Part shown: positions 34,452 to 42,126 of the stretch, in pieces
Layout: each line of letters opens with the position of its first letter
Position numbering within the stretch: position 1 is the first letter of the stretch
Source: a virus
DNA length: 44,311 nucleotides
Strand: one strand, 5' to 3'
Virus record (IMG/VR): IMGVR_UViG_3300045988_112757
Translations under genes and position numbers: made by a program
Notes under the pieces: generated by a model
Seen by the model: the letters and a program-made list of their open reading frames with translations, nothing else
What the model was told of the DNA's origin: nothing
Database searches by the model: none

Positions 34452-35326
34452 TCGCATAATCCGTAATAACTCATACAGCTTGTCGCTGTGTCGTCGTCGA
34501 ACAAGCTGCCCGTGGCGTTCTGCCACTCGACATAGCGCACGACATCTCGGATCGTCGGATATTTTTCGCCACTGGTGATCGCGTGGGCAGGAATCTTATC
34601 CGGTCCGAAAAACGAGGAGTGCAATTCCATTTCGAGGGTTGCAATCTCGTCGATCCGCTCCGGAGCCTGCCGGGCAATATTGAGGATGTCCCGCTGATTC
34701 GCCATCACGCACGGCCAGCAGCCGACACGCTTGTAGCCCATCCGGTAGAGCGGGTTCGGCTCCAACCCGGCGGCGAGAATGGAATCGATCACCTGCTGCG
34801 CCGACCAGTCGAACACGGGACGCAAAAGATCGTCGGCGAACTTTTCCCGGAACACCCGGACATCCTTACTCCGGTAGGTGTGCTTTTTCGGCTTGCCGTT
34901 TTTGTCGTATCCGTAAGGCTCGAAATAGTACTTGAAATACGTGCATTGCGCCGACATACTGGCCCGGCTGGCCGATTCTGCCGCCCGAATGCCCTGAATC
35001 ATCAGCATATTGTCCTGAACCTCGTCCAGCACGTAATCGATCGTTGGCTTGGTTTTGAGTTCTTCCGTGCAGAATCGAGCCCGCGTCGAGGGCCAGCGCT
35101 TTTTCTGCCGCGCAAGATCAACCATCCCGTCGTACTTCTTCGACTTCAATGTTACCAGGTCGAGATGCAACTTGTCGGCGATGCGATGGATGTACTCGTA
35201 AGTCAGCGGGTGTTCCCAGCCCGTTTCGCAGAATACGGTCGTGAAATTCCGGGTGATATGTTCCCGGGTCCACAACAGCGCCGCAAGGCTGTCTTTTCCG
35301 CCCGAGAATGTGACGATGACTTTCAT
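34448..35326 (-). CDS. PAPS-reductase-family PP-loop protein
   Basis: 292 aa. VTFSGGKDS PP-loop, RFCTEELK, VGCWPC. Confidence 0.85.
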   Translation of the reverse strand: MKVIVTFSGGKDSLAALLWTREHITRNFTTVFCETGWEHPLTYEYIHRIADKLHLDLVTLKSKKYDGMVDLARQKKRWPSTRARFCTEELKTKPTIDYVLDEVQDNMLMIQGIRAAESASRASMSAQCTYFKYYFEPYGYDKNGKPKKHTYRSKDVRVFREKFADDLLRPVFDWSAQQVIDSILAAGLEPNPLYRMGYKRVGCWPCVMANQRDILNIARQAPERIDEIATLEMELHSSFFGPDKIPAHAITSGEKYPTIRDVVRYVEWQNATGSLFDDDTATSCMSYYGLCE

Positions 35327-35338
35327 AGCCTTCCCCCG

Positions 35339-35866
35339 TTAATACTCCAAGGCCGCCCGACGATCGATGAAGAAGTGGATTCCAGGAGCACACTCATTCC
35401 AACGGTCATCGTCAAAATCAGAAACCTCGACGGTAGCGCCGACCGCATACACGAAGTTTTCGTCATGATCCGAACAAATCATCCCAATGTCGGCATTCGA
35501 TCCGTCTATGTTCTGAATCTCCACCACATAGGCTTTGTCGCAGCGACATTTTTCGCATCCGGCGGAACTTCGTCGAGCATCCTCCGGGATTTGCAACTTC
35601 ACGATATATCCCGAAGCCTTTTTCCATCCGATGAAACTGCCATCGGTGGGGCAAGCCATGTATGTACCTTTGGCTCTGCGCAGGTTGGCGTCGCGAAGGT
35701 TGGCTCCGCACAGGTTGGCGTCGCGCAGGTCGGCGTCGCGCAGGTCGGCTCCGCCTTTCAAAGCCTCCAATACTGTTTTGGCGAGCGTATTTTCAACGCT
35801 CGAATACTCGAAAAGGATAGAACCTGTCCAGCGGTTCTTGATCGATATTTTAATTTCTTTGTTCAT
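35339..35866 (-). CDS. Pentapeptide-repeat protein with an unknown C-terminal domain
   Basis: 175 aa. GADLRDADLRDANLCGANLRDANLRRA. Confidence 0.85.
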   Translation of the reverse strand: MNKEIKISIKNRWTGSILFEYSSVENTLAKTVLEALKGGADLRDADLRDANLCGANLRDANLRRAKGTYMACPTDGSFIGWKKASGYIVKLQIPEDARRSSAGCEKCRCDKAYVVEIQNIDGSNADIGMICSDHDENFVYAVGATVEVSDFDDDRWNECAPGIHFFIDRRAALEY

Positions 35867-35876
35867 GGTTGTTGTG

Positions 35877-36236
35877 TCACATTGTTAAATACCAACGTAT
35901 TTCCGACTGGAATTCCTCGATCGTCCGGCAGACGACGTGTCTGTTCCCGTTCGTGATTGCGAGTGAACGCCATTCGATTTGCGCGTCCGATAGGACGGAA
36001 CGTCGGTCGGGAGTCTTCATTTCGATACATAGGGCGTTGAAGCCTCCGCGTCCGAGCAGCAGGATAAGGTCGGCGACGCCTGCCGTTACGCCCTCGGCTT
36101 TCATTATCGCGGCTTCCGTGCGGTTCCGGGCACCGCCGTTCGGTACGGCGAACAGGAGCTTCCCGATGTCCGGGTATTGGAGCCGGAACCAGCTGATGCA
36201 CATTTGTTGCAGGTGTGATTCGATGTGTCGTGCCAT
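35877..36236 (-). CDS. VRR-NUC domain nuclease
   Basis: 119 aa. ...FAVPNGG...GVTAGVADLILLL...ALCIEMK (PD-(D/E)xK-like D..E.K). Confidence 0.8.
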   Translation of the reverse strand: MARHIESHLQQMCISWFRLQYPDIGKLLFAVPNGGARNRTEAAIMKAEGVTAGVADLILLLGRGGFNALCIEMKTPDRRSVLSDAQIEWRSLAITNGNRHVVCRTIEEFQSEIRWYLTM

Positions 36237-36244
36237 AGTGATTG

Positions 36245-36742
36245 TTATAACTCGTCCGGTATATTATACCGCGCCTTGTCTACTTTGAGCATCCAGCCGG
36301 ATTTCTCGGCCCCATTGATGCGTATCGGAGCGTAATCGTCCGTGCTGCAGCCGTTCCGAGCCACCTCATTGCACATCGCGGAATACGTCAGAATCCGACA
36401 TTTCACATCGATGCCCAAGATGTCGGCGATCGTCAGCCGTTTGTACGTAAACGTGTCCAGCACCCTGTTCAGGGCATATTCCAGCCGCTTCCCGCTCATA
36501 CCCGTCTTCCCGATACGCTCGGCAAGGATGGAGAAGAATTCGCTCGACATATCCGGGAAACATACGGACAGCTTATGCACCGCCGTGGCGATATGTGCCG
36601 CCGATGCCGGAGGCCCGGCAAGTACGGAGACCTCCTCACTCCCACTCTTGGCGAGTGTGAGCGCGAGAGATTCCCTCGGCGACGGCCCGAGCGAGCTCAT
36701 CAGGGCTTGGGGGTTGATTCTTTGCGCTTCGTCCATAGTCAT
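36245..36742 (-). CDS. Hypothetical replication-module protein (165 aa)
   Basis: The ORF overlaps the 3' end of the upstream gene by 107 nt, so the true start may be internal. Confidence 0.55.
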   Translation of the reverse strand: MTMDEAQRINPQALMSSLGPSPRESLALTLAKSGSEEVSVLAGPPASAAHIATAVHKLSVCFPDMSSEFFSILAERIGKTGMSGKRLEYALNRVLDTFTYKRLTIADILGIDVKCRILTYSAMCNEVARNGCSTDDYAPIRINGAEKSGWMLKVDKARYNIPDEL

Positions 36743-37508
36743 TTGTCGTTTTCAGCGGGAATAACCCCGCCCAGTTATTTGCCATAGATTGTCGGATGAT
36801 CTTACGGGCAATGTCCGGCTCCCCGTTTGAAAGTTCCCGCAATTTGGAATAACAAGCCTTTAATCCCTGCTGCCGATAGGTCTGTCCGCGCTCAGACTTG
36901 TAAGCAAGCCATTCCGCCATCACTGGCTGGAGCGAAGGTTCGACGAAGGATAAATCAGTCTCTTTTCTTTTGCCGCAACTTTTCTTTTTCTCTGGTCCGT
37001 TTTTTACGGATTCATCGTCAGAGTCCGGAGAGCCGATTTCCCCCTTAGGGGGATTATAGGGGGTACTACTATTCCTCTCCTTATCCTCTCCTATTATAGT
37101 CACTGATTGATCACTGATTGATCCATGATTGATCACTGATTGATCAGTGAATTTAGCTAAAATACTGTCTAATAGCTCCTTATTAATATTTACATCGTCC
37201 AAATTAGGTCGATTGATTATTTGGTGACGGGAGAAAGTAGGAAGATAATAGAAACTCTCCGATTTGACGGAGAGAAGACTAATAAAACCGGTCTTCTCGA
37301 GCAGCCCTAACCACGCCTCCAGCTGTTGAACCTGTATTCTGTCGTAAGGAAATATTTTTGATTTTAGCCAAACGGGATCGGCGATCACCACACCCAGATC
37401 GTCCGCAAAGGTCCAAAGGCCTATATATAGCAGACGGGCGTCACGAGGGATTCGGCCTATTTTCGCGTCATCCCAAAATTGTGGCTTTATAGTTCGTATT
37501 CTCGCCAT
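36636..37508 (-). CDS. Replication initiator / replisome-organiser-like protein
   Basis: 290 aa. N-terminus MARIRTIKPQFWDDAKIGRIP..ARLLYIGLWTFADDLG is common in phage replication proteins. The gene carries an internal iteron array. Confidence 0.75.
   Translation of the reverse strand: MARIRTIKPQFWDDAKIGRIPRDARLLYIGLWTFADDLGVVIADPVWLKSKIFPYDRIQVQQLEAWLGLLEKTGFISLLSVKSESFYYLPTFSRHQIINRPNLDDVNINKELLDSILAKFTDQSVINHGSISDQSVTIIGEDKERNSSTPYNPPKGEIGSPDSDDESVKNGPEKKKSCGKRKETDLSFVEPSLQPVMAEWLAYKSERGQTYRQQGLKACYSKLRELSNGEPDIARKIIRQSMANNWAGLFPLKTTNDYGRSAKNQPPSPDELARAVAEGISRAHTRQEWE
37101..37155. repeat. Iteron array: 4.5 x 11-bp repeat CACTGATTGAT, each junction forming TGATCA (GATC)
   Basis: Units at 37101, 37112, 37123 (2 changes) and 37134, with a partial unit at 37145. 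An AT-rich stretch follows at 37150-37215. Confidence 0.7.
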
Positions 37509-37509
37509 A

Positions 37510-37950
37510 TCATATCCATATTTGCTGGTGTTGCATCTCTCTTTCGATGAAGCCTATCCATTCTGCCTCGTAAGGCGCTGGCAGGTCTATTCCGGCCTCC
37601 GCGGCCGCCCAGTTTCGAAACCGCTCTATTGCGGTGGTCATCTCTCCGGTGTCAAGGTCCCGGCTCGAGCGGAGCCTTTCAATCTCTTTGTGCATCAGCT
37701 CGTCGAACTCGACACGCACGAATAACTCTGGATTGCAGAACCTCTTGAAATACTCCGTTTTCACGTACGACAGTGTGCATCCTGTCTGCATTGCGAATTC
37801 GCCGAGTATCACGTGCAAATAGCGGTTCTGTGGGGAAGTTCGCCGGGGCTTACGCTCCGAACACTCGACAACGGCCCGGCGCGTCATCAAAGCGTTTGCA
37901 CGTCGCTTGAAACGCTCCCGGTCGATGTCGGTGTTCAGATCGTAAACCAT
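37510..37950 (-). CDS. NinB/Orf-like recombination mediator
   Basis: 146 aa, the same length as lambda NinB. RRTSPQNRYLHVILGEF parallels the lambda motif RSLDQNRKLWACLGDV. Confidence 0.6.
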   Translation of the reverse strand: MVYDLNTDIDRERFKRRANALMTRRAVVECSERKPRRTSPQNRYLHVILGEFAMQTGCTLSYVKTEYFKRFCNPELFVRVEFDELMHKEIERLRSSRDLDTGEMTTAIERFRNWAAAEAGIDLPAPYEAEWIGFIEREMQHQQIWI

Positions 37951-37961
37951 ACGGCACTACA

Positions 37962-38258
37962 TCAGAAAGGGAGGTCATCCACGTTCTCGGCGACCGGCAA
38001 ATCCGCAACTTGATCGGGCGTCGGCTCCGCTGGGCGAAATACCACAGACTTACCCCGGCCTACATACACTCGTTTGTCCTTGCGCTCGCGCTCATCCTTG
38101 GACTGACGCATGAACACACAATGCGTGTTCTCGTACTGGTCAGCCTCGCGGAGTTCCGACACGCAGATACTGATGTACTTTTTGCCGTTTTCGGCAACGA
38201 AAATCTTGTCCCTGGGAATGTCGCTGACACACAGCGACACATTGATAAGTTCTGCCAT
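37962..38258 (-). CDS. Short SSB-like protein (98 aa) ending in the acidic DDLPF tip
   Basis: The C-terminus ...AENVDDLPF matches the SSB C-terminal interaction motif. Located between the Erf and NinB-like genes. Confidence 0.6.
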   Translation of the reverse strand: MAELINVSLCVSDIPRDKIFVAENGKKYISICVSELREADQYENTHCVFMRQSKDERERKDKRVYVGRGKSVVFRPAEPTPDQVADLPVAENVDDLPF

Positions 38259-38263
38259 TATTC

Positions 38264-38722
38264 CTATTGTTTTTTGAAAGTTGTCTTAATTACCGTTTTG
38301 CTGCTCCGAGCCGGCGGGAACATCACCACGCCAGTATCGGGGTCTGCAACCCCGGATGACGGTATGTGCTTCAACATCGTTTCCCGTTCCTTGATGTCGG
38401 CTTTCAGGGCTTCCAGCGTGGCGTACATATCCGCCAGCTTGCTATCGCCGCACATCGAATAATCGTATTTGACGCCGGATTCGCACTCTTCAAGCACACA
38501 GTCTCCGAACGCCTGCTTCTTGCCGTATTTGGATAACTCCCGCAGCGTGATGTCTCGCACATCGGCGTTATCCTTGTAGAGGGCTATGGCCTTTTCCATA
38601 CGGCTAATGTTGATATAGGCCGTTATCGGGTCTACCTCCCCGTTTACAACCGAGGAGATAGCCCGGGCGGCCAGCTCGGAGGCAGATGCCGTTTCCCGAA
38701 TCAATGTTACCTGTGTCTCCAT
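38264..38722 (-). CDS. Hypothetical recombination-module protein (152 aa)
   Basis: ATG at 38722, 2 nt after the erf stop. The track ORF extends to 38800. Confidence 0.6.
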   Translation of the reverse strand: METQVTLIRETASASELAARAISSVVNGEVDPITAYINISRMEKAIALYKDNADVRDITLRELSKYGKKQAFGDCVLEECESGVKYDYSMCGDSKLADMYATLEALKADIKERETMLKHIPSSGVADPDTGVVMFPPARSSKTVIKTTFKKQ

Positions 38723-38723
38723 A

Positions 38724-39395
38724 TCACTTCGCATTTTTCCGGGCCTGACGATATGATTCGAAGAGCGCCGAGAAGCGGTCCACGACCTCCGCATCGGCAT
38801 CGTATGATTTCAGCAATCGCGCTCCGGCGTCGAAATCCGCGGCATAGTTGGCCGTAGTGAGAAATCCATACATCCATTTCATCAGCTGGTCGCAGACGAT
38901 GGCGTCGTCCAGCTGTTCCATCGTGATACGCTTGCGGGCCGGAGCAGTTGCCGGGACCGTGGACGGTTGTGCTGTTTTGGTACTTTGTGCCGCCGCCCGG
39001 TTGGCGTTCTCCGTGTGCCGCTCGTCCGTGTCCGCATCTTTCGTATCGTCGATGCAGAACAACCCGTTAAGGGCATATTTGCGGGCATAACTGGATGCTG
39101 TACCCGTGATCTGCGACCCGTCCATACCCTTCTTGTCGAGGTCCTCACGGGCAAAGGCCGTTGCCGTTTCGACCTCTCCGGCGGCGTTCGTGATGCGCGC
39201 CGTGGCCTTCACGTAGTAGCGGTCCCCGACGGCGACGATGTCGTCGCACAGGTTCAGGACGCATTCGTGCGCCTTGAGTATCGGTTTGACCGCTTCGAGA
39301 ATATCCTCGCAGCTTCGATATTTGTATTTTCCGAAGCTGTTATACTGCCCTTTGGGGGCTTTCAATTCCGATTGGATGGCGATTAACTCTTTCAT
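38724..39395 (-). CDS. erf: ERF-family single-strand annealing protein
   Basis: 223 aa. KAPKGQYNSFGKYKYRSCEDILEAVKPIL...GSQITGTASSYARKYALNGLF. Confidence 0.85.
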   Translation of the reverse strand: MKELIAIQSELKAPKGQYNSFGKYKYRSCEDILEAVKPILKAHECVLNLCDDIVAVGDRYYVKATARITNAAGEVETATAFAREDLDKKGMDGSQITGTASSYARKYALNGLFCIDDTKDADTDERHTENANRAAAQSTKTAQPSTVPATAPARKRITMEQLDDAIVCDQLMKWMYGFLTTANYAADFDAGARLLKSYDADAEVVDRFSALFESYRQARKNAK

Positions 39396-39398
39396 GGC

Positions 39399-39569
39399 TT
39401 AGTCTTCAATATAGGTTACTTCCGGTGCTGTAACTTTGGCCGGATCGAGATGACGCATGCAATCCCGTTTGGCTTTCTCGATCTCTTTAGTCGTCATGCG
39501 GCGGTTCTCCTCATGGCTGGTGATCAGCTTGCCAGTAGCACGGCTTCTGACCTCAATACGTGTTTTCAT
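39399..39569 (-). CDS. Small hypothetical protein (56 aa)
   Basis: MKTRIEVRSRATGKLITSHEENRRMTTKEIEKAKRDCMRHLDPAKVTAPEVTYIED. It fills the gap between flanking genes and is below the track cutoff. Confidence 0.45.
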   Translation of the reverse strand: MKTRIEVRSRATGKLITSHEENRRMTTKEIEKAKRDCMRHLDPAKVTAPEVTYIED

Positions 39570-39572
39570 GTA

Positions 39573-39998
39573 TTATAAGTTGTTTCGTTTTGCGTAATTT
39601 CTCAAACTGATCAGATGCCCCGACCATATCCGGCCGTCGATGTCGGTGACATTTACGATCTCGATGCTGTCACGGCATCCGATCTGAACCTCCTCGTAAC
39701 ATCCGAAATCCACATCGTAGCGCATTTCGGTGATCGGTTCGTAATGATGTACCGCCCGGATGTCGTATATTTTGTAGGCTACGGTGTATATCTTACCGTC
39801 ATAATCGCCCCGGACATCCTTGTCGATAGCTTCCCGAATAGCTTGGAAGATCAGCTTGAAATCTACATCCATAAGCCGGGATCGGATTCTCGACCATTCG
39901 CCGCGCTCACCCGTGATGTGCTCGCTGGGAATGTCCACCAACTCTTCCGTAACCGGGAGGGCCGGGGATGTCGTCGTAGTTAGGTATTGCGTGTTCAT
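39573..39998 (-). CDS. Hypothetical protein (141 aa)
   Basis: 4-nt overlap with the upstream gene. Confidence 0.6.
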   Translation of the reverse strand: MNTQYLTTTTSPALPVTEELVDIPSEHITGERGEWSRIRSRLMDVDFKLIFQAIREAIDKDVRGDYDGKIYTVAYKIYDIRAVHHYEPITEMRYDVDFGCYEEVQIGCRDSIEIVNVTDIDGRIWSGHLISLRNYAKRNNL

Positions 39999-40273
39999 GT
40001 TAACAGGCGGTGTAAAAAGGTTGGATGTTTGCGATGACCCTTATCCCAGCCTGCGAACGGCCACGGAACGGGCATTGCTTCGGTATGATTGCCTTTGACT
40101 TCGGACGCGGGGAGATGACCCGCATCCCGAAGTTTGGAGAGCCGCATCTTCACGGCGCATTCAGTTCGCCCGAGCTCCGCCGCTATCTCTTCGATGCTGG
40201 CGCCGTGACGGTACATATATATCAGATTGTTGATGTCGTCAAGACCCCATCGAGGCTTGGTTTCCTTTCTCAT
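39995..40273 (-). CDS. Small HTH protein (92 aa)
   Basis: WGLDDINNLIYMYRHGASIEEIAAELGRTECAVKMRLSKL. Confidence 0.65.
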   Translation of the reverse strand: MRKETKPRWGLDDINNLIYMYRHGASIEEIAAELGRTECAVKMRLSKLRDAGHLPASEVKGNHTEAMPVPWPFAGWDKGHRKHPTFLHRLLT

Positions 40274-40275
40274 GG

Positions 40276-40398
40276 CTAATCGAATATTTCGTTTATCCGT
40301 TTTTCGATACGTTCTTTGCGGTGCTGATCCGAGAACACCCAGCCAAAGGTGATAACTATCGGAACAATGAACAACATGAAAGTGATTAAATGTGTCAT
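40276..40398 (-). CDS. Small membrane peptide (40 aa)
   Basis: MTHLITFMLFIVPIVITFGWVF... The ATG forms an ATGA overlap with the upstream micro-ORF. Confidence 0.35.
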   Translation of the reverse strand: MTHLITFMLFIVPIVITFGWVFSDQHRKERIEKRINEIFD

Positions 40399-40562
40399 AG
40401 CTGATTCCTCCCTTTCATTCGATTGTATGATACATAATTCCAAAGGCTTACTTTGCGCGAAATGCGATGCTTGGTGCGGTGCCACGCACGCCAGATGATG
40501 TCGTAAAGCAATTGCTTGTCGGTGCGTCTCACGCCCCCGATAAGCTGGATTTCATTCTCCAT
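40395..40562 (-). CDS. Small basic protein (55 aa)
   Basis: MENEIQLIGGVRRTDKQLLYDIIWRAWHRTKHRISRK... Below the track cutoff. Confidence 0.4.
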   Translation of the reverse strand: MENEIQLIGGVRRTDKQLLYDIIWRAWHRTKHRISRKVSLWNYVSYNRMKGRNQL

Positions 40563-40573
40563 GATTCAGCGGT

Positions 40574-40840
40574 TTAATGTTTGGCTTTGGGAGGAAATAC
40601 CCGGCTTACGAGTATGGTGCCGACGACGACAGCATACGTCGGATAGATCAAGCGAAACTGAGCAAGGAAACAGCCCAGGGCGTGTTCCTCGCTGGTAGCG
40701 CGGATAATGTTGGTGTAATCGATCTTGTCAAAGGAGCACAAGGGACGATTGGCTCTCAGATGACACCTGTAAAAGCAGGTGCGATGCGTTGCACGGGTAC
40801 TTTTATTCCCCGTTTTGCAACCTTTAACTTCTGTTCGCAT
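40574..40840 (-). CDS. Hypothetical protein (88 aa), first ORF after the early promoter
   Basis: Strand chosen by operon direction. A plus-strand ORF, 40577..40879, overlaps it. Confidence 0.45.
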   Translation of the reverse strand: MRTEVKGCKTGNKSTRATHRTCFYRCHLRANRPLCSFDKIDYTNIIRATSEEHALGCFLAQFRLIYPTYAVVVGTILVSRVFPPKAKH

Positions 40841-40903
40841 TGTCAGTTAAAAGTTCAGTTAATATGTAAAGGACAATAAAAAAGGCGTTGCCCCAGTCAA
40901 GTT

Positions 40904-41006
40904 TTGCGAACAGACACCATCGGTATAACCGAAAGTGGACAAGGGACAACGCTTTATTGAGCGTTAAAATATGTACTTTGTTGATACCAACGGTATCTGT
41001 TCGCAA
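40904..41006. promoter_or_regulatory. Operator pair: 23-nt inverted repeat arms (40904-40926 and 40984-41006, 20/23 complementary), each with a nested ATACC-N3-GGTAT-type palindrome
   Basis: ttgcgaacagacaccatcggtat versus the reverse complement of ataccaacggtatctgttcgcaa. The right arm covers the predicted start site of the early promoter. Confidence 0.55.
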
Positions 41007-41009
41007 CGG

Positions 41010-41040
41010 CAAAAATAGGAATTCATTTCGAATCTGCAAA
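41010..41040 (-). promoter_or_regulatory. Early leftward promoter (-7 TATTTTTG at 41017-41010, -33 TTTG at 41040-41037, 19-nt spacer)
   Basis: Both consensus elements sit at consensus spacing. Confidence 0.6.
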
Positions 41041-41117
41041 AAATACTTAACAAAAAGTTGCCCCGCGAAGGTTTAATTTAATATGACATAAAGCCACGGC
41101 AAGGAAACGAAGTGACT

Positions 41118-41432
41118 CTATTTTATCCCGTTATTAAGCATCCGACGAACATCCGACATTTTGTAGCGAAGCCTTCCGCCAACTTCGATAGGCACGAGCA
41201 GGCCCTGTTTTGCCCATCGCCAAAGGGTCGATAAATTGACATCGAGTAATTCCGCCACCTTCTTCCGACTGGGATAGGTCTCTACGGATTGGTCTGTGAT
41301 AATTTGTTCCAACTGCTCTTTCGTCCTTGCAATAAGAGCTTCGTTTGCCTTGATCAAATCGGATACTTTGACCGAGATAATGGCATCGGGGCAAGCCTTT
41401 GCCAACTCAATAATATCTATATTCATAATCAT
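41118..41432 (-). CDS. HTH_17 (MerR/excisionase-type) DNA-binding regulator (104 aa)
   Basis: KKVAELLDVNLSTLWRWAKQGLLVPIEVGGRLRYKMSDV. Confidence 0.75.
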   Translation of the reverse strand: MIMNIDIIELAKACPDAIISVKVSDLIKANEALIARTKEQLEQIITDQSVETYPSRKKVAELLDVNLSTLWRWAKQGLLVPIEVGGRLRYKMSDVRRMLNNGIK

Positions 41433-41536
41433 CTATGTTGTTTATATTATTTCTTTGCCTCCAAGATAGGCATATTAGCTTCTGTAGGAATATATACCAC
41501 CTTGTTGGGGATGTTATTCTGTTAGCGCACCATAAT

Positions 41537-42001
41537 TTAATCGTCTCTTTTTGCATTATAAATACCCCATAAATACCGATATGCTTTGTGATATTTCTTC
41601 AATCTCTTCAAATCTTCATTTGTGAGTTTGTCGAGGCGTGTAATATCCATATTGTGTTTGAGATCGGCAATTTTAACCTCTAATGCAGTGGAATTTTGAG
41701 CACATCGTCTAATGTATTCCATGTAATCTTCTTTATTGCGCCGTGATATAGCTTCCACGGCGTCGGCTATATCTCTGCCGAATAGCTCATTCAGGCGCTC
41801 ATATGTTACCCCGCCATCCTCTATGACCTCATGGAGCAGCGCAACTTTATCCCGAAAAGGATCATTGTAATGGTATAGTTCATTGACAATATCCAAAACC
41901 CGGAAACAATGATATATAATAGGCCGTCCTGATTTATCCTTAGAGGCTCCTAATTGCATTTCGGCGAAACGTGCCACATTTAAAAGTGATTTTGGTAACA
42001 T
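41537..42001 (-). CDS. HD-domain protein, RelA/SpoT-hydrolase (small alarmone hydrolase)-like
   Basis: 154 aa. ...GRPIIYHCFRV...VALLHEVIEDGGVTYERLNELFGRDIADAVEAISR...VKIADLKHNM follows the (p)ppGpp-hydrolase HD-domain pattern, but with HE in place of the HD dyad. Confidence 0.8.
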   Translation of the reverse strand: MLPKSLLNVARFAEMQLGASKDKSGRPIIYHCFRVLDIVNELYHYNDPFRDKVALLHEVIEDGGVTYERLNELFGRDIADAVEAISRRNKEDYMEYIRRCAQNSTALEVKIADLKHNMDITRLDKLTNEDLKRLKKYHKAYRYLWGIYNAKRDD

Positions 42002-42126
42002 AACTTACTTCAAGATAATAAAATGTCGAGGAAAAGTCTCGGTCTTTTAAAATAGATTTTACCTATATTGAGACACCGCAAACAGAGATAATTCTTATAC
42101 ATCTTGCGCGTGTGGTTCGATACGCT

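Noticed and set aside
40904-41006. Invertible promoter (inverton) flanked by the 23-nt inverted repeats
   Set aside because: The arms enclose only 57 bp with no promoter inside. The consensus promoter lies outside the repeats. Each arm contains its own small palindrome, which fits operators better than recombinase sites. No invertase is adjacent.
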